Source of the DNA: Marsupella aquatica
Lineage: Eukaryota; Plantae; Marchantiophyta
Assembly (NCBI GenBank): GCA_973895155.1
Contig: OZ316895.1
Location: forward strand, 3,893,659 to 3,957,658
Direction of reading: 5' to 3'
Length of the DNA: 64,000 nucleotides
In this document: positions 26,641-38,820 of the stretch, piece by piece
How the letters are laid out: each line of letters starts with the position of its first letter
How positions within the stretch are numbered: position 1 is the stretch's first letter
The notes under the pieces: generated by a model
Told to the model about the DNA's origin: nothing
The model's input: the letters and a program-made list of their open reading frames with translations, nothing else
The model's database searches: none
Program-made: the position numbers and the translations under genes

Positions 26641-27039
26641 TCGGTAGTGTCAAATTCATTGTATGCAGTGCAGCCCCACTACTAACTGGACTTCACTTGG
26701 TTCAGTCATCAACAAGGCTGGTTAAAGAGCTAGACTGCACAGCAGTTAGTGTTACTCACACTAAATTTGGTGAAGCAAACCCATACATACTCATGAATTA
26801 TTGTTACCTGAAGCTACACTGTTCACAGCAATTGATCTTAATTATAGTGAAGCAAACGGACACTGATGAGTGAGTGTTACCTAATAAAACCTTTACAGGG
26901 GTTTTAAACATTTTTCCAACAAATGGAAAGAAAGTGGGTGCCCAAGGTTCTGCATGGAAATCCTTTGGCCCTAGCATGCCGTGTAAATAAAGCTTAGAAG
27001 CTAATTAGCTGCTAACACTAATCCGTGAAGGGTGGATTA

Positions 27040-27210
27040 TGCATGTGCTGGCCTAAGAGCTAACCTTCAAACAAACCAAAAAAAAACTGGTTTAAGACGA
27101 GGTTTCAGATGTACATCTTGCATGTGCTGGCCTAAGAGCGAACCTTCAAACAAACCAAAAAAAAACTGGTTTAAGACGAGGTTTCAAATGTATATCTTGC
27201 ATGTGCTGGT
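27040..27210. repeat. 79-bp tandem duplication
   Basis: gcatgtgctgg at 27041, 27120 and 27199 with near-identical intervening sequence. Confidence 0.9.
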
Positions 27211-28634
27211 TTGAGAGTTATCTCAATTGGCAGGTTCTCCCAACTATCTTGGTGACCTGTTATTTAGGGGGTGTTTGAATTAAAATCAGCTTTGCAGAGG
27301 ACTCCGTCCTTATGCTTTGACAGGAAAGAGGCAATGTGATGATGGGCAGCCTTAGGATGTCGTTGCCCAACATCCATTGCAAACTGCTTGTACATCCCAT
27401 GACAGGATCAGTAAATTGGCTTTTGTAGGCCTTGCAACAGACCAGAATAATATTAGTTACTGTGGACCCAGCTTACACAATTTTTGACCGGCATTCTTGG
27501 GATACTCATTTATTGTTGACCATTGGGTCCTGTCATTTGATGCTGCCCGTTACTGCTGCCAATGGCGCAGGGAAGGTGAAGATATTTAGGTGCATGTCTC
27601 CACATTCCTATTTTATTTTTCGTTTGAAGAAGAGTAACTCCAGGGATGCAAAGTCTACATACTGTCCACACAGACCCTCTGGTAGCGAGTAGGGCCCACA
27701 GGATGTATAACTATCCATAGTGTCCGTTTACACAAACCAAAAGCTTTCTCTGTTGTGGCCAGGACTGTAAATTAGGACCATTTTTTTTAAGGTGCTTCAC
27801 ATCATTCCAAGATGGGTCTAACTCTAGAGCCTTTGGTTGGGTTTTCCTAATGTCAATCTCTTTTAGATTATAAATAGTCTCTTTCTGGTATGTGAGTTGA
27901 AAACCTTGAACCTGGCTTTCACAGGATTGCTTCACACCATTCTAAGATTGGCTAGTGGTTGAAGAAGTTGTCTTACAGTCATCAAAGCCGCCGGTGGTGG
28001 TAAGGATTCAAGCGAATATTTTTATAGCCATATCATGGGACAGCCCAAACAACATAAATAAACAAGGCATTAAACCATCTTCAAACAACTTCATTCATTT
28101 GTCAAGAACTGAGAATTCAAACAGTGCGTGAGTGCGAACTCCAGGGCTAGTGTCCACATTGGGAAAAAAAAGGTGTAGAGGATATAGTCCCGGATATAGT
28201 TCATGTCTCCAAACTAGGTCTTGTTTCCTAAGGCTTTTTGTGGGACCAGTTTGCTCAATATACATGGTTGTTGTGTGATGCACACGAAACTCGATAGCCT
28301 CATAAGACATTACATCTCCCAAGAACTTGAATTTATCCTCAAATCCCATCTATGCACATGGGAACGGTGACTGAGTGTTATGGGGGGGTGTTGCAATTAT
28401 TGAGAAGAATAGTTGTGATGTGACCACTCAGGTCCACCACCACTTTGACCCATGTTAGATTTCTCTCTCTTAGCTCATGCTTTTATTGTCTGGTTGGCAC
28501 CCAATACGGTATTACCTAGTCTGGCCATAGCTCTAACTTGCCCCGCCAGCATTGTCCCTCTACCTATATATCATCCTAGTAGAGTTTCTTTCCCTGGCCC
28601 TTATTCTCTGACTCGCTTGTGCATTAATTTCATC

Positions 28635-30779
28635 CCCTGGCTCCAAAGTAGGAGTTGTCTAGCTACAAAGTGTCTAGGACCAAGTTAGAGGAAAAGGCCA
28701 GAGCAAAGGACAAAGGAATAAAAGCAAAAAAGGTACAAAGAGCACAAAGACCTAACTCAAAAGATGACGGCAGATGCAAACCCCAAAACCTAAAGAACAA
28801 AATATAAGAAATAAAGACTTACCACTAGAGTGATCTGATGCTTCACATCTAGTGTAGTAACTATAGTAAGTTCCCAAGTGGGAAGTGGATGTCCATTGAG
28901 GGGGCACACGTATGCTCAGTGTCATGCCGAGGGACAGTGCCTCTTATGCACATCGGCATGTCCCTCGCCTGCCCGCTAGGTATGTAGTTAGGGCTAGTGT
29001 ACTACCTGAGTTAGCGACATGTTCTTGTAGCAAGTCTGGGCCGTTCTTGAAACAAATGTGCTTGTTAGTGTGACGTCAGGACTTTGCTTGCTTAGGGCAT
29101 GTCTTTCTTTGTGGGTTTTCAGTTCTTCTTGAATCGCTGTGAGACAGAGTTTTTCAGAAGCTGCTCGTCGGTTCCGTACACGGAATTCACACAGTGATTC
29201 GTTAGATGCTCCCGGCCGATCTTGGCATCTCGCCGGTTTTCGATTCGATTTCAGTACGTTTGTTTCTATCACGCCTTTTATTCAAGAAGAACTGTGTCGC
29301 TGGGTTAGCGGTGAAGGGAAGAAGATCGGAGACGCTGTGCTTCTCAATTGCTCGAGACAGTTGACGCTTTTCCGCTGATGCCGGTGCAATTTCTATGGAA
29401 AAACATTGAGTGATGGGGTGGAAGTTATGGCTTTTGTGTATACACTTAAGTATATACACTTAAGTCAAACAGCCCCCCCCCCTCACTTTTTTCCTTCGCG
29501 CTTCGATTTCAGGTTTTCCATTTCCGGCCGCTGCCAACTGCTGCTTCAGCGCCTCCCTGCGCCATGCTACCTTCCGGCCGGCTACAAGCCACGGGTTGCA
29601 GGTCGATGCCTTTACTCTTGCTCGGAGCCCTGTAAAGGGTCGCACGCCAGGTTTATTGCCTCCTCGCGGCTGTGTTCGTACTGCGCCCTTCTCCCTATGT
29701 GTAATACACATCGGGGGCGACAGCCTTCCCTTACCGTTTTCTTTTCCTTTCGCTCGCCGGTACGCGCATAGGGCATCGTGCCCTCCACTCGATTAGGACT
29801 CGTTTTCTTTCTTTCCCCCTCGCCGTTTTCTTTCCTTTCCCCCGGTTGCCAGCACTTAATAGGGGAGAGGGAGCGAGTACAAGCGAGAGCTGAGAGAGAG
29901 AGGGCACGAGGCCCTATGAAGAATTAAGCAGGGGAGGGGGAGTTCACGTCGACTCCCCTCGGGAGCCCTGCCAAGCACGAGGCCCAACTTACAGGGCATT
30001 AGAGGAGGGGAAGGGAAGCGAAAGCAGGGCACGAGGCCCTAGGCAAGCAATTAAAGCAGGGGGAGACAAGCGCAAGGAGAGGAGGGCATGAGGCCCTATG
30101 GAGGATTAAAGTGGGGGGGGTTACATTCGACTCCTTTCCCTGGAGTCCTTCTGCCACTCTGCCAGGCACAGAAGCATTCATTAAAGCAGGAGAGGAGGGG
30201 GAGCGAGAGTGCCAGGAGAGGGCACGAGGCCCTAATAAGCAATTAAAGCAGGGGAAGGGGAGTTAGTCGCTCCCTTCTCTTCGGGAGCACATGAGGAGCC
30301 AGGAGGTGGCGCAAAGCCCTATGCAGGGCTCGAGCCATCATTAAGGGGGCCGTTTCTTTACTTTTCGCCTCGCCTCGCCCTTCGCTTCGTGATCCGCATA
30401 GGGCATTGAGCCCGTGGCTTAATTCGGGCCCTAATCGCTCCCTCCCTTGCCGTTTCTTTTTCCGGTTCCACATCGGGCTGAGATGTATACACTTAAGGGG
30501 GGCCCCGGTTTACGTTTTTAAGGGCCCATTTTTCCGGATTTCTTTGCTGCCGCCACATGTCATCTGCATAAAGCTGAGGGCCCGGCATATTCATCAGACG
30601 GTCAATCCAGCAAGCACAACACCGGTACAATTGGAGTTTTTAATGGTCTTTTCTTTGCCGACGGTTTTTCTGTGTGTTTACACATTCGACACATTTCTGC
30701 CTCGCACCGTTGTTTCCTTTGTGGGTTTCATTTCCTAGCCTTGGGTTGCCACTCCCTTTTCTTGTCAGTTTCTTTCCCA
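28635..30779 (+). repeat. 5' LTR-like non-coding region (3' end well supported, 5' end uncertain)
   Basis: Ends ...tttccCA one base before the PBS. CpG-rich core (~29400-30600) with subrepeats gggca(c/t)gaggccct x4, (a)attaa(a)gcagg and tatacacttaag x3. Confidence 0.6.
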
Positions 30780-30780
30780 T

Positions 30781-30794
30781 TGGCACCCCAGGTG
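30781..30794 (+). promoter_or_regulatory. Primer-binding site, tRNA-Arg(CCT)-like
   Basis: TGGCACCCCAGGTG directly after CA+t and 10 nt before the gag ATG. It is complementary to a tRNA 3' end ...CACCUGGGGUGCCA. The tRNA identity is from memory of Arg-CCT ends and needs checking against host tRNAs. Confidence 0.7.
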
Positions 30795-30804
30795 AGCATG
30801 CAGC

Positions 30805-33091
30805 ATGTCAGCAGAGGAGCCGAGTCGTAGCAGCTCATCGCCACCGACACCCAGGTACCACTTGCGAAGTGATCCACGACCGTTGGTGCCAATTTCATTG
30901 GAGTCTCGACAATTTTGTCGGCGTCAGCAGACAGCAGCAGCACCCACACCACGCAACCCTTCTGCTACATTTGGCGGTCGCTTCACCACTACCCTGAAGC
31001 CTGCTATTACATCTTTGCCCTTTACTCCTTCTGCATCCGTGGTTGTTCCTGCTTCACCGACATACAGCATGGACGCCAATCACTCATCTGGCCGCATTGA
31101 ACGCTTCAGCGGGCGGCCAGGCACTGTTTCTTTGCGTGAGTTCAAATCCACTTTCTACACTGTCGTTTACGAATTGGAGTTGAAGTATGGCAGCAATTTC
31201 ACAAATGCTTTTGCATTTAAGCAACTAGCCAGGTATGTGCACCACGAGGCTTTGGATGTGTATGAGCAGCATTCTCAACGGCTGCTTGCTGTCACACAAT
31301 TGCCTAACCCTACCTATGCCACTGCAATTGCGGCTGCCTCAACTGGCATTACAGAATGCCATTGTAGCCCATGCTGCTGCTCCTGCCACTTCCCCTCCTA
31401 CTCCAGTTCCCACCACTGCACCAGTTACTCCCACTGTCTTGGCACAGGCTACATCAGGCATTTCTCCCACCATTGATTCCCCTACCTTTGCTGATCCAGT
31501 GGCTGAGTTTTTCCAGGTTCTTGAATTGGAATTCCCAATCAAGAGTGCTGACAAAATCATGCAGTTGGCCACCTTTGTGAGGCAGCACGATGAAACATTG
31601 AAGATGCTGTATCGCCAGCTTCTCAAGCTGAAGGAAGACACCCAGAGCATCACTGACCTGGAAGCTGCACATCGCTATCTTCGTGCATTGGAGGGCACAC
31701 CAGCTCTCCATTCGCAAGTGTTGCAGCAAGTATTCTTAGAGTTTGGAGACAGCTACACCCTGCTCAATGTCTATGACACTGCTGAGAAACTTGAGTTGGC
31801 CCATGCACATTATGAGGCCAGTATTGCACGTCCACCGCAATCCAGGTACCAGGCTGCTGCCCCTACACTGGCCACCCCTTCCCGTGTGCCACAGTATGGT
31901 TCCAAGACCAAGCCAGCCCATGCTGCTTTCATGCTGCCATCTTGCAACTACTGTGGTAACCCCAATCACAAGGCTAATGACTGTGATATTGTTGCTGAGG
32001 ACCTGTCTTGTGATTTTTGCGGAAAAGTGGGTCACTTGGAGGCAGTTTGTTTTGCCAAATTTCCAGAGAGGAAGCAGCTGTGACAGCAGGCCCCTCCTCC
32101 TGCTCCTGCTTCCACTCCCCCACCAGCTAGGAGGGCTCCTACTGCATCAACTGCTCCTCCTTCCAGTGGCAAAGCATCCAGTGCCAACAAACCGCCCAAG
32201 CAGCAACAAAAGCAACCAGCTCAGAAGGAGGCTCACAACGCACAGGCAACTCAACTCCAGTCTCTGACTCATGAGGTTGAGTCCCTACGTGCCCAACTTG
32301 CCAACATCAAAGGCAAGTCAACTGCCTTTGCTGGTCCTTCTCAACCGGCTGGTCACGTGCAACCCATCCCTGGCCCAGGCACCACTCATAGTTCAGCACC
32401 TCTACCCCGCTCTTTCTATGGCTTGCCATTTGATGCTCATATGGGTGAGTGTGTGCTGTCCTCTGCTCCACAGCCTGGCCTTACAGCAGAATTTTCAGAT
32501 TCATTCTGCCCTTCCTATTTTGCTTACCAGCAGGCCAGTGCTGCTTCCCGTACTGCTCCCACCCGCCGCATTGTACAGGCTGATGGTCTTGCTGCTGGTC
32601 TTCTTACTAGAGCCAGGGGAGCTCGGGCTGTCATGCCCCAATCCTTTCAGCCACTCACACTTGCTGAAGAGCGCACCTTGTTGGCGAGGGGGGAGAGAGC
32701 TGCAGCTACATCCATTCCACCACCAGGTGCTGCTGACATTTCACAGGGAGTTGTTTCTCCTGAGCTGCTTGAGCATTTCACCTCCGGTATGACACAAAGG
32801 ATTCTTACAACTCCACTTTTCAGTTGCCATGATTTACAGCTGGATGCTAGAGCTGTCATCAGAGCGCTAGAGGGCTCACTGCATTCTTCATCAGCCCCTG
32901 TGACACCGGTTTTGGAGGTCCAATCTCATGTACATACTGGATCTTCTTCTTCTCCATTACATGCTTCTATTGGTTTGGCTATCCCAGTACCAATTTCCAG
33001 TGGTAGAGATGACAGTATTGCTGCAGATTGTATGACCAGAGCTACACTGGATTCTGGTCATGCTGCTCCATCTTTCCTGACTATGCTGTAG
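30805..33091 (+). pseudogene. gag: Gag with two CCHC zinc knuckles plus Pro/Ser-rich linker
   Basis: IERFSGRPGTVSLREFK capsid-like start; QHDETLKMLY (MHR-like); CNYCGNPNHKANDC and CDFCGKVGHLEAVC (~31943-32050). Frameshift at ~31340, in-frame TGA at 32081 and TAG at 33089. Confidence 0.85.
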
Positions 33092-33103
33092 AGTGGAAAG
33101 ACC

Positions 33104-33610
33104 GTGGACACTAACTCCCTTCACAAGGTACCTCATCATTTGCCAAAAGTGGTGCCTAGCGATAGGACTTCAGTTTCCACCACCATTGCCATTGTTGACA
33201 ACAGGAATTCAGCGGTCAAGTTGGAGGGTCACACTCCTCAGGTGGTCATGCTGGACACAGGCGCTCAACCAGTGATATTGGGCATTCAGTTTGCCAAGAA
33301 GATGGGACTGCTGACTGATCATTTACAACAATCCAGGTGGCACATTCGGACTGCTAGTGGCACTGTGGAGGATGTGCTGGGTGAGAGTTCTACTTTACTC
33401 ACTCTCACTTTTAATGGAGGTACAGATCAGGAATTGCATTTCCTAGTCAGATGTTTGGTTACCAATGCCACTACGTATGATGTGCTCATTGGCCAGGAGG
33501 CTTTGTTCCCACCAGGTTTTACCATTGACAACTGGCATGAGCATGCATACTACAGAGTTGATTGGCATACGGATGGCTCACACTTGGGCTACATTCCACT
33601 TGATGTTGCA
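33104..33610 (+). pseudogene. Retropepsin-type aspartic protease domain
   Basis: VMLDTGAQPVILG...IRTASG...YDVLIGQEAL; frameshift at ~33605 into the DNMT-RT frame. Confidence 0.9.
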
Positions 33611-33908
33611 TGGTGCCCATACACCTATGGCTCACCACTGTGTGTTGAAAGCAGTGCACACAGCTACCTATGTCAACCACCCATTGCAGGATTGGATTGA
33701 GGATGATGATGATGAGGTGGCTACTGCACGTATAGCAACACTTTCCAGCAACGTGGATCATCAACCAGAGGTGATACAACGACTCCAAGCAGCCCATGGA
33801 CCTTTGGTGGTTGCATTGCGCAAATTTGAGGATCTTGGGCAGCACAATGGCCAACCAATAGCCCCAATCTTGAGCGCACCAGTTACATGGACTCCTCCTT
33901 CAGATGGC

Positions 33909-34850
33909 CTTACATTGCTTGAGCTTTTTGGTGGCATTTCTACAGGCTTGGAAGCTCTCCTACAGTCTGGCATGGTAGTGAAGCAGTACATCTATGTGGA
34001 TATTGATCCAGATGCAAGGCAAGTGGCTGAATCCCGTCTGCTGGAATTTTCAGAGCGATTTCCTCAGCAGGTTCCACACAGTGCATGGAAGTCTACATTT
34101 TCTTTATTTCCTCCAGATATCCAGCTTGTCCAGCACCGGCACTTAACCCTTCTTGGTTCCCTTGATTTGATCATAGCTGGTTGGGAATGCCAAGGGTTTT
34201 CAATTGATGGTCACGGTGCTGGACTGCATGATTCTCGTTCTGGCCTTTTCACAGCATTGGTTCAGATTCTCACCTGGGCTCAATCCCTTTATCCTGCTGT
34301 TGGTTATATCATTGAGAATACTCCATCTCAGTTTGACCAGCGTCCACAGGTCAAAGAGAATTTCAGTGTGGTCCAGCACTACTTGGGACCACCCCTTCTC
34401 ATTGATGCAGTGCACTGTGGTTCTTATGCACATCGTCTTCGTAACTTTTGGACAAACCTTGCACCACCTTCCTTGTTGGAGTTAGCTCTTCACCACACAT
34501 CCAAGGACACTAACCTCACAGTGGACCAGATTTTGGATCCTGACAGTTCTTGCCAACCGGTTACACGGCAAGAGCCAGCACCTTGGTATCCAGCTAATAC
34601 CATTGGACAGCCCCGTGCTGCTTGGCCTACATTTGTGTCCTTTCCAGGTGCACATGCTTTTCAGGGTGATGGTCCTGGCCTGGTTTATCGACATTCTACC
34701 GGTACATGGGATGAACCTAGTCCTGAGGAGAGAGAACGGGCTATGGGCTTCCAACCCGGTACTACAGGTCACACCAAAATCACCAGGCTGGCCAGGAATG
34801 CTTTACTTGGCAGGGTAATGGATCTTAATGCTCTCACTTGGCTTCTGGTC
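33909..34850 (+). CDS. DNMT3-like C5 DNA cytosine methyltransferase domain inside Pol (open frame, part of ORF 33465-36203)
   Basis: Ordered motifs: I LLELFGGISTG, II YVDID, III DI, IV LIIAGWECQGFS (Cys codon 34188-34190), V RSGLF, VI IIENT, VIII AHRLRNFWTNL, IX EERERAMGF, X RNALLGRVMD. Confidence 0.9.
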
Positions 34851-35199
34851 ACTTGCATCCTTTTTCAGATGTACATTCATCCAGCATCAGGAGTTCCAGC
34901 CCTACCACTCCATGGTGCTGCTACATGGCATCCAGACCAGGTGCACTTACCTCTGTCCAACACTCACCACTTCAGTCCAAGTGTTGGGGGGGAGGAGGTC
35001 CCTTGTAATGTGGCCGACATTATTTCTAAGTTTCATGGTGTGGATCAGACCAGAGCAACAGATACAGCAGGCCTTGGAGAGGCCTCATCACCTTATCAGC
35101 AGCATGCTAGCAGCTTGGACAGTGGAGAGGCTGGCACTTCTGGCTCTTCAAGCACGAGTACATCAGGTCCTATTCCTAGTGTTGCCAACTATACATTCA

Positions 35200-36203
35200 T
35201 CATGGGCAACCACCTGAGTAAAAGACAGAAGGACCAGCTGCTGAATTTGCTCCTCAAGCATGAGAATGTGTTTGCTTTCTCTATGAAGAACTTGGGTAAG
35301 TGCAAGACTATGCAGTTCTCCATTGAGTTGGCTGATGAAACACCTATCTTCAGGTGGAGACACCGTTTGAGTAAGCATGAGTGGCAGCTGGTGGATGAGA
35401 GATGCCAAGAGCTCTATGAAGCTGGTCTTATTCAGCCCTCTACATCAGATTTTGCAGCAGCTACAGTGATGCCAGCAAAGAAGGATTCCAGTGGATTATG
35501 GACAGAGAAGCGCATGTGTGCGGACTACAGGCCATTGAACCTGGTCACACCCCAGGACAGGTACCTCATGCCACGGCCAGAGGAGCTATTTGACAGCATT
35601 GGAGACTCAGACATCTTCACTCTTGTGGATCTAAGGCAAGGCTTTAACCAGATTTTGCTGCTTGCAGAGGACCGCAAGAAAACAGCTTTCCATGGTAGTA
35701 ACCAACTATGGGAGTGGTTGGTGATGCCATTTGGCTTGAAGAATGCGCCCATATTCTTTCAAAGAGTCATGGACCAGGTTCTTCAAGGTGCTGAGTTTCT
35801 GAAATGCTACATTGATGATGTGTTGGTCCACAGCAAAGGATTTGACCAGCATCTACTTGACCTTGAGGAGCTATTCATGAGGCTTAAGAAGGTGAACCTA
35901 AAGATACACCCCAAGAAGTGTGAATTTGCTGTCAGATCAGTAGTATATCTTGGGCATCGCATTCTTCCAAATGGAACCATGGCTCACTGGGCCAAGGTGG
36001 TATCCATCTTGGAAATGCCCACTCCTACCGATGTTCACACTTTGAGGAGTTTTATTGGGTTGTGCAATTACTACCGGATCTACATCAAAGATTTCAGTAC
36101 CATTGCGCACCCATTGTATGCTTTGTTGAAAAAGAATGTGACTTGGACATGGAGTACAGATGCTGAGGCAGCATTTGCCACTTTGAAGGAGAAGCTCTCA
36201 TAA
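35200..36203 (+). pseudogene. Ty3/Gypsy reverse transcriptase domain
   Basis: RMCADYRPLN, VDLRQGFNQI, KTAF, VMPFGLKNAP, YIDD (35808-35819), KCEF, YLGH, LRSFIGLCNYYR; premature TAA at 36201. Confidence 0.97.
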
Positions 36204-36246
36204 TACCCGGTGCTGAGAATTCAGACCTGATTTCAGCAAGGTCTTT

Positions 36247-37255
36247 GTGCTACACACAGATTGGAGTGCCCTTGGGATTGGTGCCATTCTGGGCCAGCAT
36301 GATGAGGAAGGTAAAGAGTACGTCATTGCATATGCATCCAGGAGCAACAATCAGGCAGAGAGTCATTATTCTTCTTATGAGGGTGAATGCCTTGCTGTTG
36401 TTCCCATGCCTCATGTTGCTGGAGGATGTGTAACAGGATTTTGACGGAGCTTCGCTTACCCATTGGAGGTGGTCTGCTGGCTATTCTTGATGCATCGACA
36501 GGACCGGAGCCTATTCACACTGCTAGGATCTTTTGTGTATATCAGACTCTCTGGATGATTTGGCTGGGAAGAAATGAACATATGTTCTCTGATAAGGTGG
36601 GACGTTCATTTGACATGGGCCTGATGCTTGCTGAGACTGCCAACCACATCCATGCGGTTGGGGCTGGTTTACGCTTTGGGCGGCGTCGCTCTCGGTTGAA
36701 CCGGGCTCAGGAATGGTTGCGGGGAACGAGGCAAATCTGGCTGAGACGGGGTGGGGATAGGATTCTCTTGGTGCCCTCTAGCGGTGGCGTTGCTGATTGA
36801 GGGGTCTCCTTTTTGGGGGGCTGCTGTGGGAAGGGCATGGGTGCTCTCTTGATCGGTGTTATTTCCCTTCTTTGAGGGGGGGCTCTCCCTGGGGCTTTGA
36901 TGCTCTCTTTTGTGCTTTTGGGCTCTCTTTGTGGCTCGCTAGTGTGCTGTTGCTGTCCCTGTATTAAGGGCTGTTGTTCCCCCTATCCGTGGGGTCTTTC
37001 ACGGTATTAAAATTTATTAAAAAAACCATTCCAAGGAATGCCTTGCTGTTGTGTGGGCTGTAATACATTACAGGCCCTACCTCTATGGGACCAGGTTTGT
37101 TCTCTACACTGACCACCAGCCCTTGAAGTGGTTGATGACCAACGACAAGCTTACTGGCAAGCTTGCTCGTTGGGCACTCATACTCCAGGAGTATGATTTT
37201 GAGGTAATTCATAGGCCTGGTGTGACACATCAAAATGCTGACACTATGTCCCGCA
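36247..37255 (+). pseudogene. RNase H domain, split by a LINE insertion
   Basis: LHTDWSALGIGAIL...IAYASR...YSSYEGECLAV | VWAVIHYRPYLYG...YTDHQPLKWL...RWALILQEYDF...HRPG...NADTMSR. Confidence 0.95.
36402..37035 (+). mobile_element. 5'-truncated L1-type LINE fragment with 17-bp TSD
   Basis: TSD gaatgccttgctgttgt at 36385-36401 and 37036-37052. Encodes TLWMIWLGRNEHMF (WxIWxxRNxxxF, plant L1 ORF2 C-terminus), then a T/G-rich 3' UTR and a short A tail at ~37019-37025. Confidence 0.9.
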
Positions 37256-37519
37256 ACCCTTTGATTGCCTCTGATGATCCCTCAGATGCACGGCAGGATT
37301 TTGACCAGGTTTCCATCCTGCCTACATTTCATGCATCTACCTATCTTGCTTTGCTGCCATGCTACATCATTGACCAACCTGTGGTGGACATATGGGAGGA
37401 CAGTGACACTCTGAGATTTTTGCAGCATGGGGAGTACCCCATACATGTTACTGCAACCCAGAGAGACCGAATTCAGCAAAGGTCCAAGCGTTACTTGTGG
37501 AAGGGAGATCATCTCGTGC

Positions 37520-38685
37520 GCTGCTTGCCAGACAGGGAAGTGGTGGTTCCACCCATTCATGAGAGGGTTGGCCTTATCAGTAAGGTACATTCTGAGCTTG
37601 GTCATTTTGGCGTTAAGAGGACTTACAGCCTCTTGGTCCCTCATTATCATTGGAGAGGCATGCATGGCCAGGTTCAAGATGTTATTGCCCGGTGTGAACA
37701 ATGTGATAGGGTGAGGACTTCTTTCACATCTCGGCAACCCACACTTCACCCACTCCCTATTCAGGGCATGTTTTATCGTTGGTCATGTGATTTGGCTGGA
37801 GAATTACCCCTCACATCTCGGGGTAATCTGAGCTACATCATGATCATGATAGAGCATTTCTCCAAGTGGATAGAACTTGTGGCATTGCCGGATAAGACCT
37901 CCCGTAGCACCAGCCAGGCATTCCTACAACAAGTTCTCAGCCGCTTTGGAGCTTGTGCAGAATGTCTCACTGACCAGGGCTCAGATTTTAGAGGAGAGTT
38001 CTAGGAGCTGCTTGATCAGGCCCTCATTGATCATCGCCGGACATCACGAGATCACCCACAGGCAGATGGCTTGGCAGAGCGCATGGTTCAGACATGCAAG
38101 AAGGGCCTCCATAAGATCTGCCTCACCAAAAACAAGGAGGATTGGGACCTGGCCTTACCCTACATTGCCATGGGGTATAGGATGTCCAGACATGCATCAC
38201 TGTCTAACTTTTCTCCCTACTTCTTATTGTTTGGTCGTCACCCGGTTCCACCTTCTGCTATTGCTGCTCACATGCTTCAGGTGGTGGACTTGGATTCAGC
38301 TGTGACTTGGTCTGATGTGATCTCTGAGAGGGCTGCCCTATTCAGGGGGGTTATGCCCATGGCCATGGGGAATTTGGCCATTGCACAGCACAGGGACACA
38401 CTGCGTTATGCACACACACGAGGGGGCACTTTTCAGCCCAAGGTCAGGAAGTTTGATGTGGGAGATTTTGTGTACTTGCAGCGGCAAGCTAACAACACCC
38501 TGGACACCTTTACCAGTCGTACTATTCTTAGGGTTAAAGCTATTCGACCGTCTGGAGTGCTAGAGTTACAAGGGGCAGATGGGCGCACAATTGCTGACCA
38601 TGCCAAGAATTGCGCCCCTTGTCATCTGCCTAACCTAGATCCCACCATTGTGACTTCTACTTGGATTCCACCTGTGGACTACCCT
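37520..38685 (+). pseudogene. Integrase (HHCC zinc finger + DDE core)
   Basis: VHSELGHFG...CEQC; WSCDLAG, IEHFSKW, LTDQGSDF, HPQADGLAERMVQT, SPYFLLFGR, FDVGDFV; in-frame TAG at 38002. Confidence 0.95.
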
Positions 38686-38820
38686 TGCAAGGTGTGTTTG
38701 CGAATTGATGATGCTGACCAGATGCTACTGTGTGACAATTGTAATGGAGGGTACCATCTTTTCTGCCTTCGGCCTGAACTTACCCAGGTGCCAGAAGGGT
38801 TATGGTTTTGCCCTTCTTGT
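38686..38820 (+). CDS. PHD finger (C4HC3) at the integrase C-terminus
   Basis: CKVC...MLLCDNC...YHLFCLRPELTQVPEGLWFCPSC with all eight ligands and the conserved Trp present; in frame with integrase, stop at 38836-38838. Confidence 0.95.

Noticed and set aside
28879-28885. TGGGAAG as the 5' start of the LTR (inverted match to the TTCCCA end)
   Set aside because: Only a 6-bp match, with no 3' LTR or TSD to confirm it; boundary left unresolved.
31330-33610. Programmed frameshift or readthrough at the gag-pol breaks
   Set aside because: The breaks (~31340, 32081, 33089, ~33605) are multiple, show no obvious slippery heptamer, and similar lesions occur in RT/RH and integrase, so decay is the simpler explanation. 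TAG 33089 just before the protease is the one worth checking in sister copies.
33909-34850. Independent host DNMT3/DRM gene or bacterial restriction-modification MTase
   Set aside because: Intronless, in frame with RT and flanked by protease and RT; motif order is not circularly permuted as in DRM; no partner nuclease.
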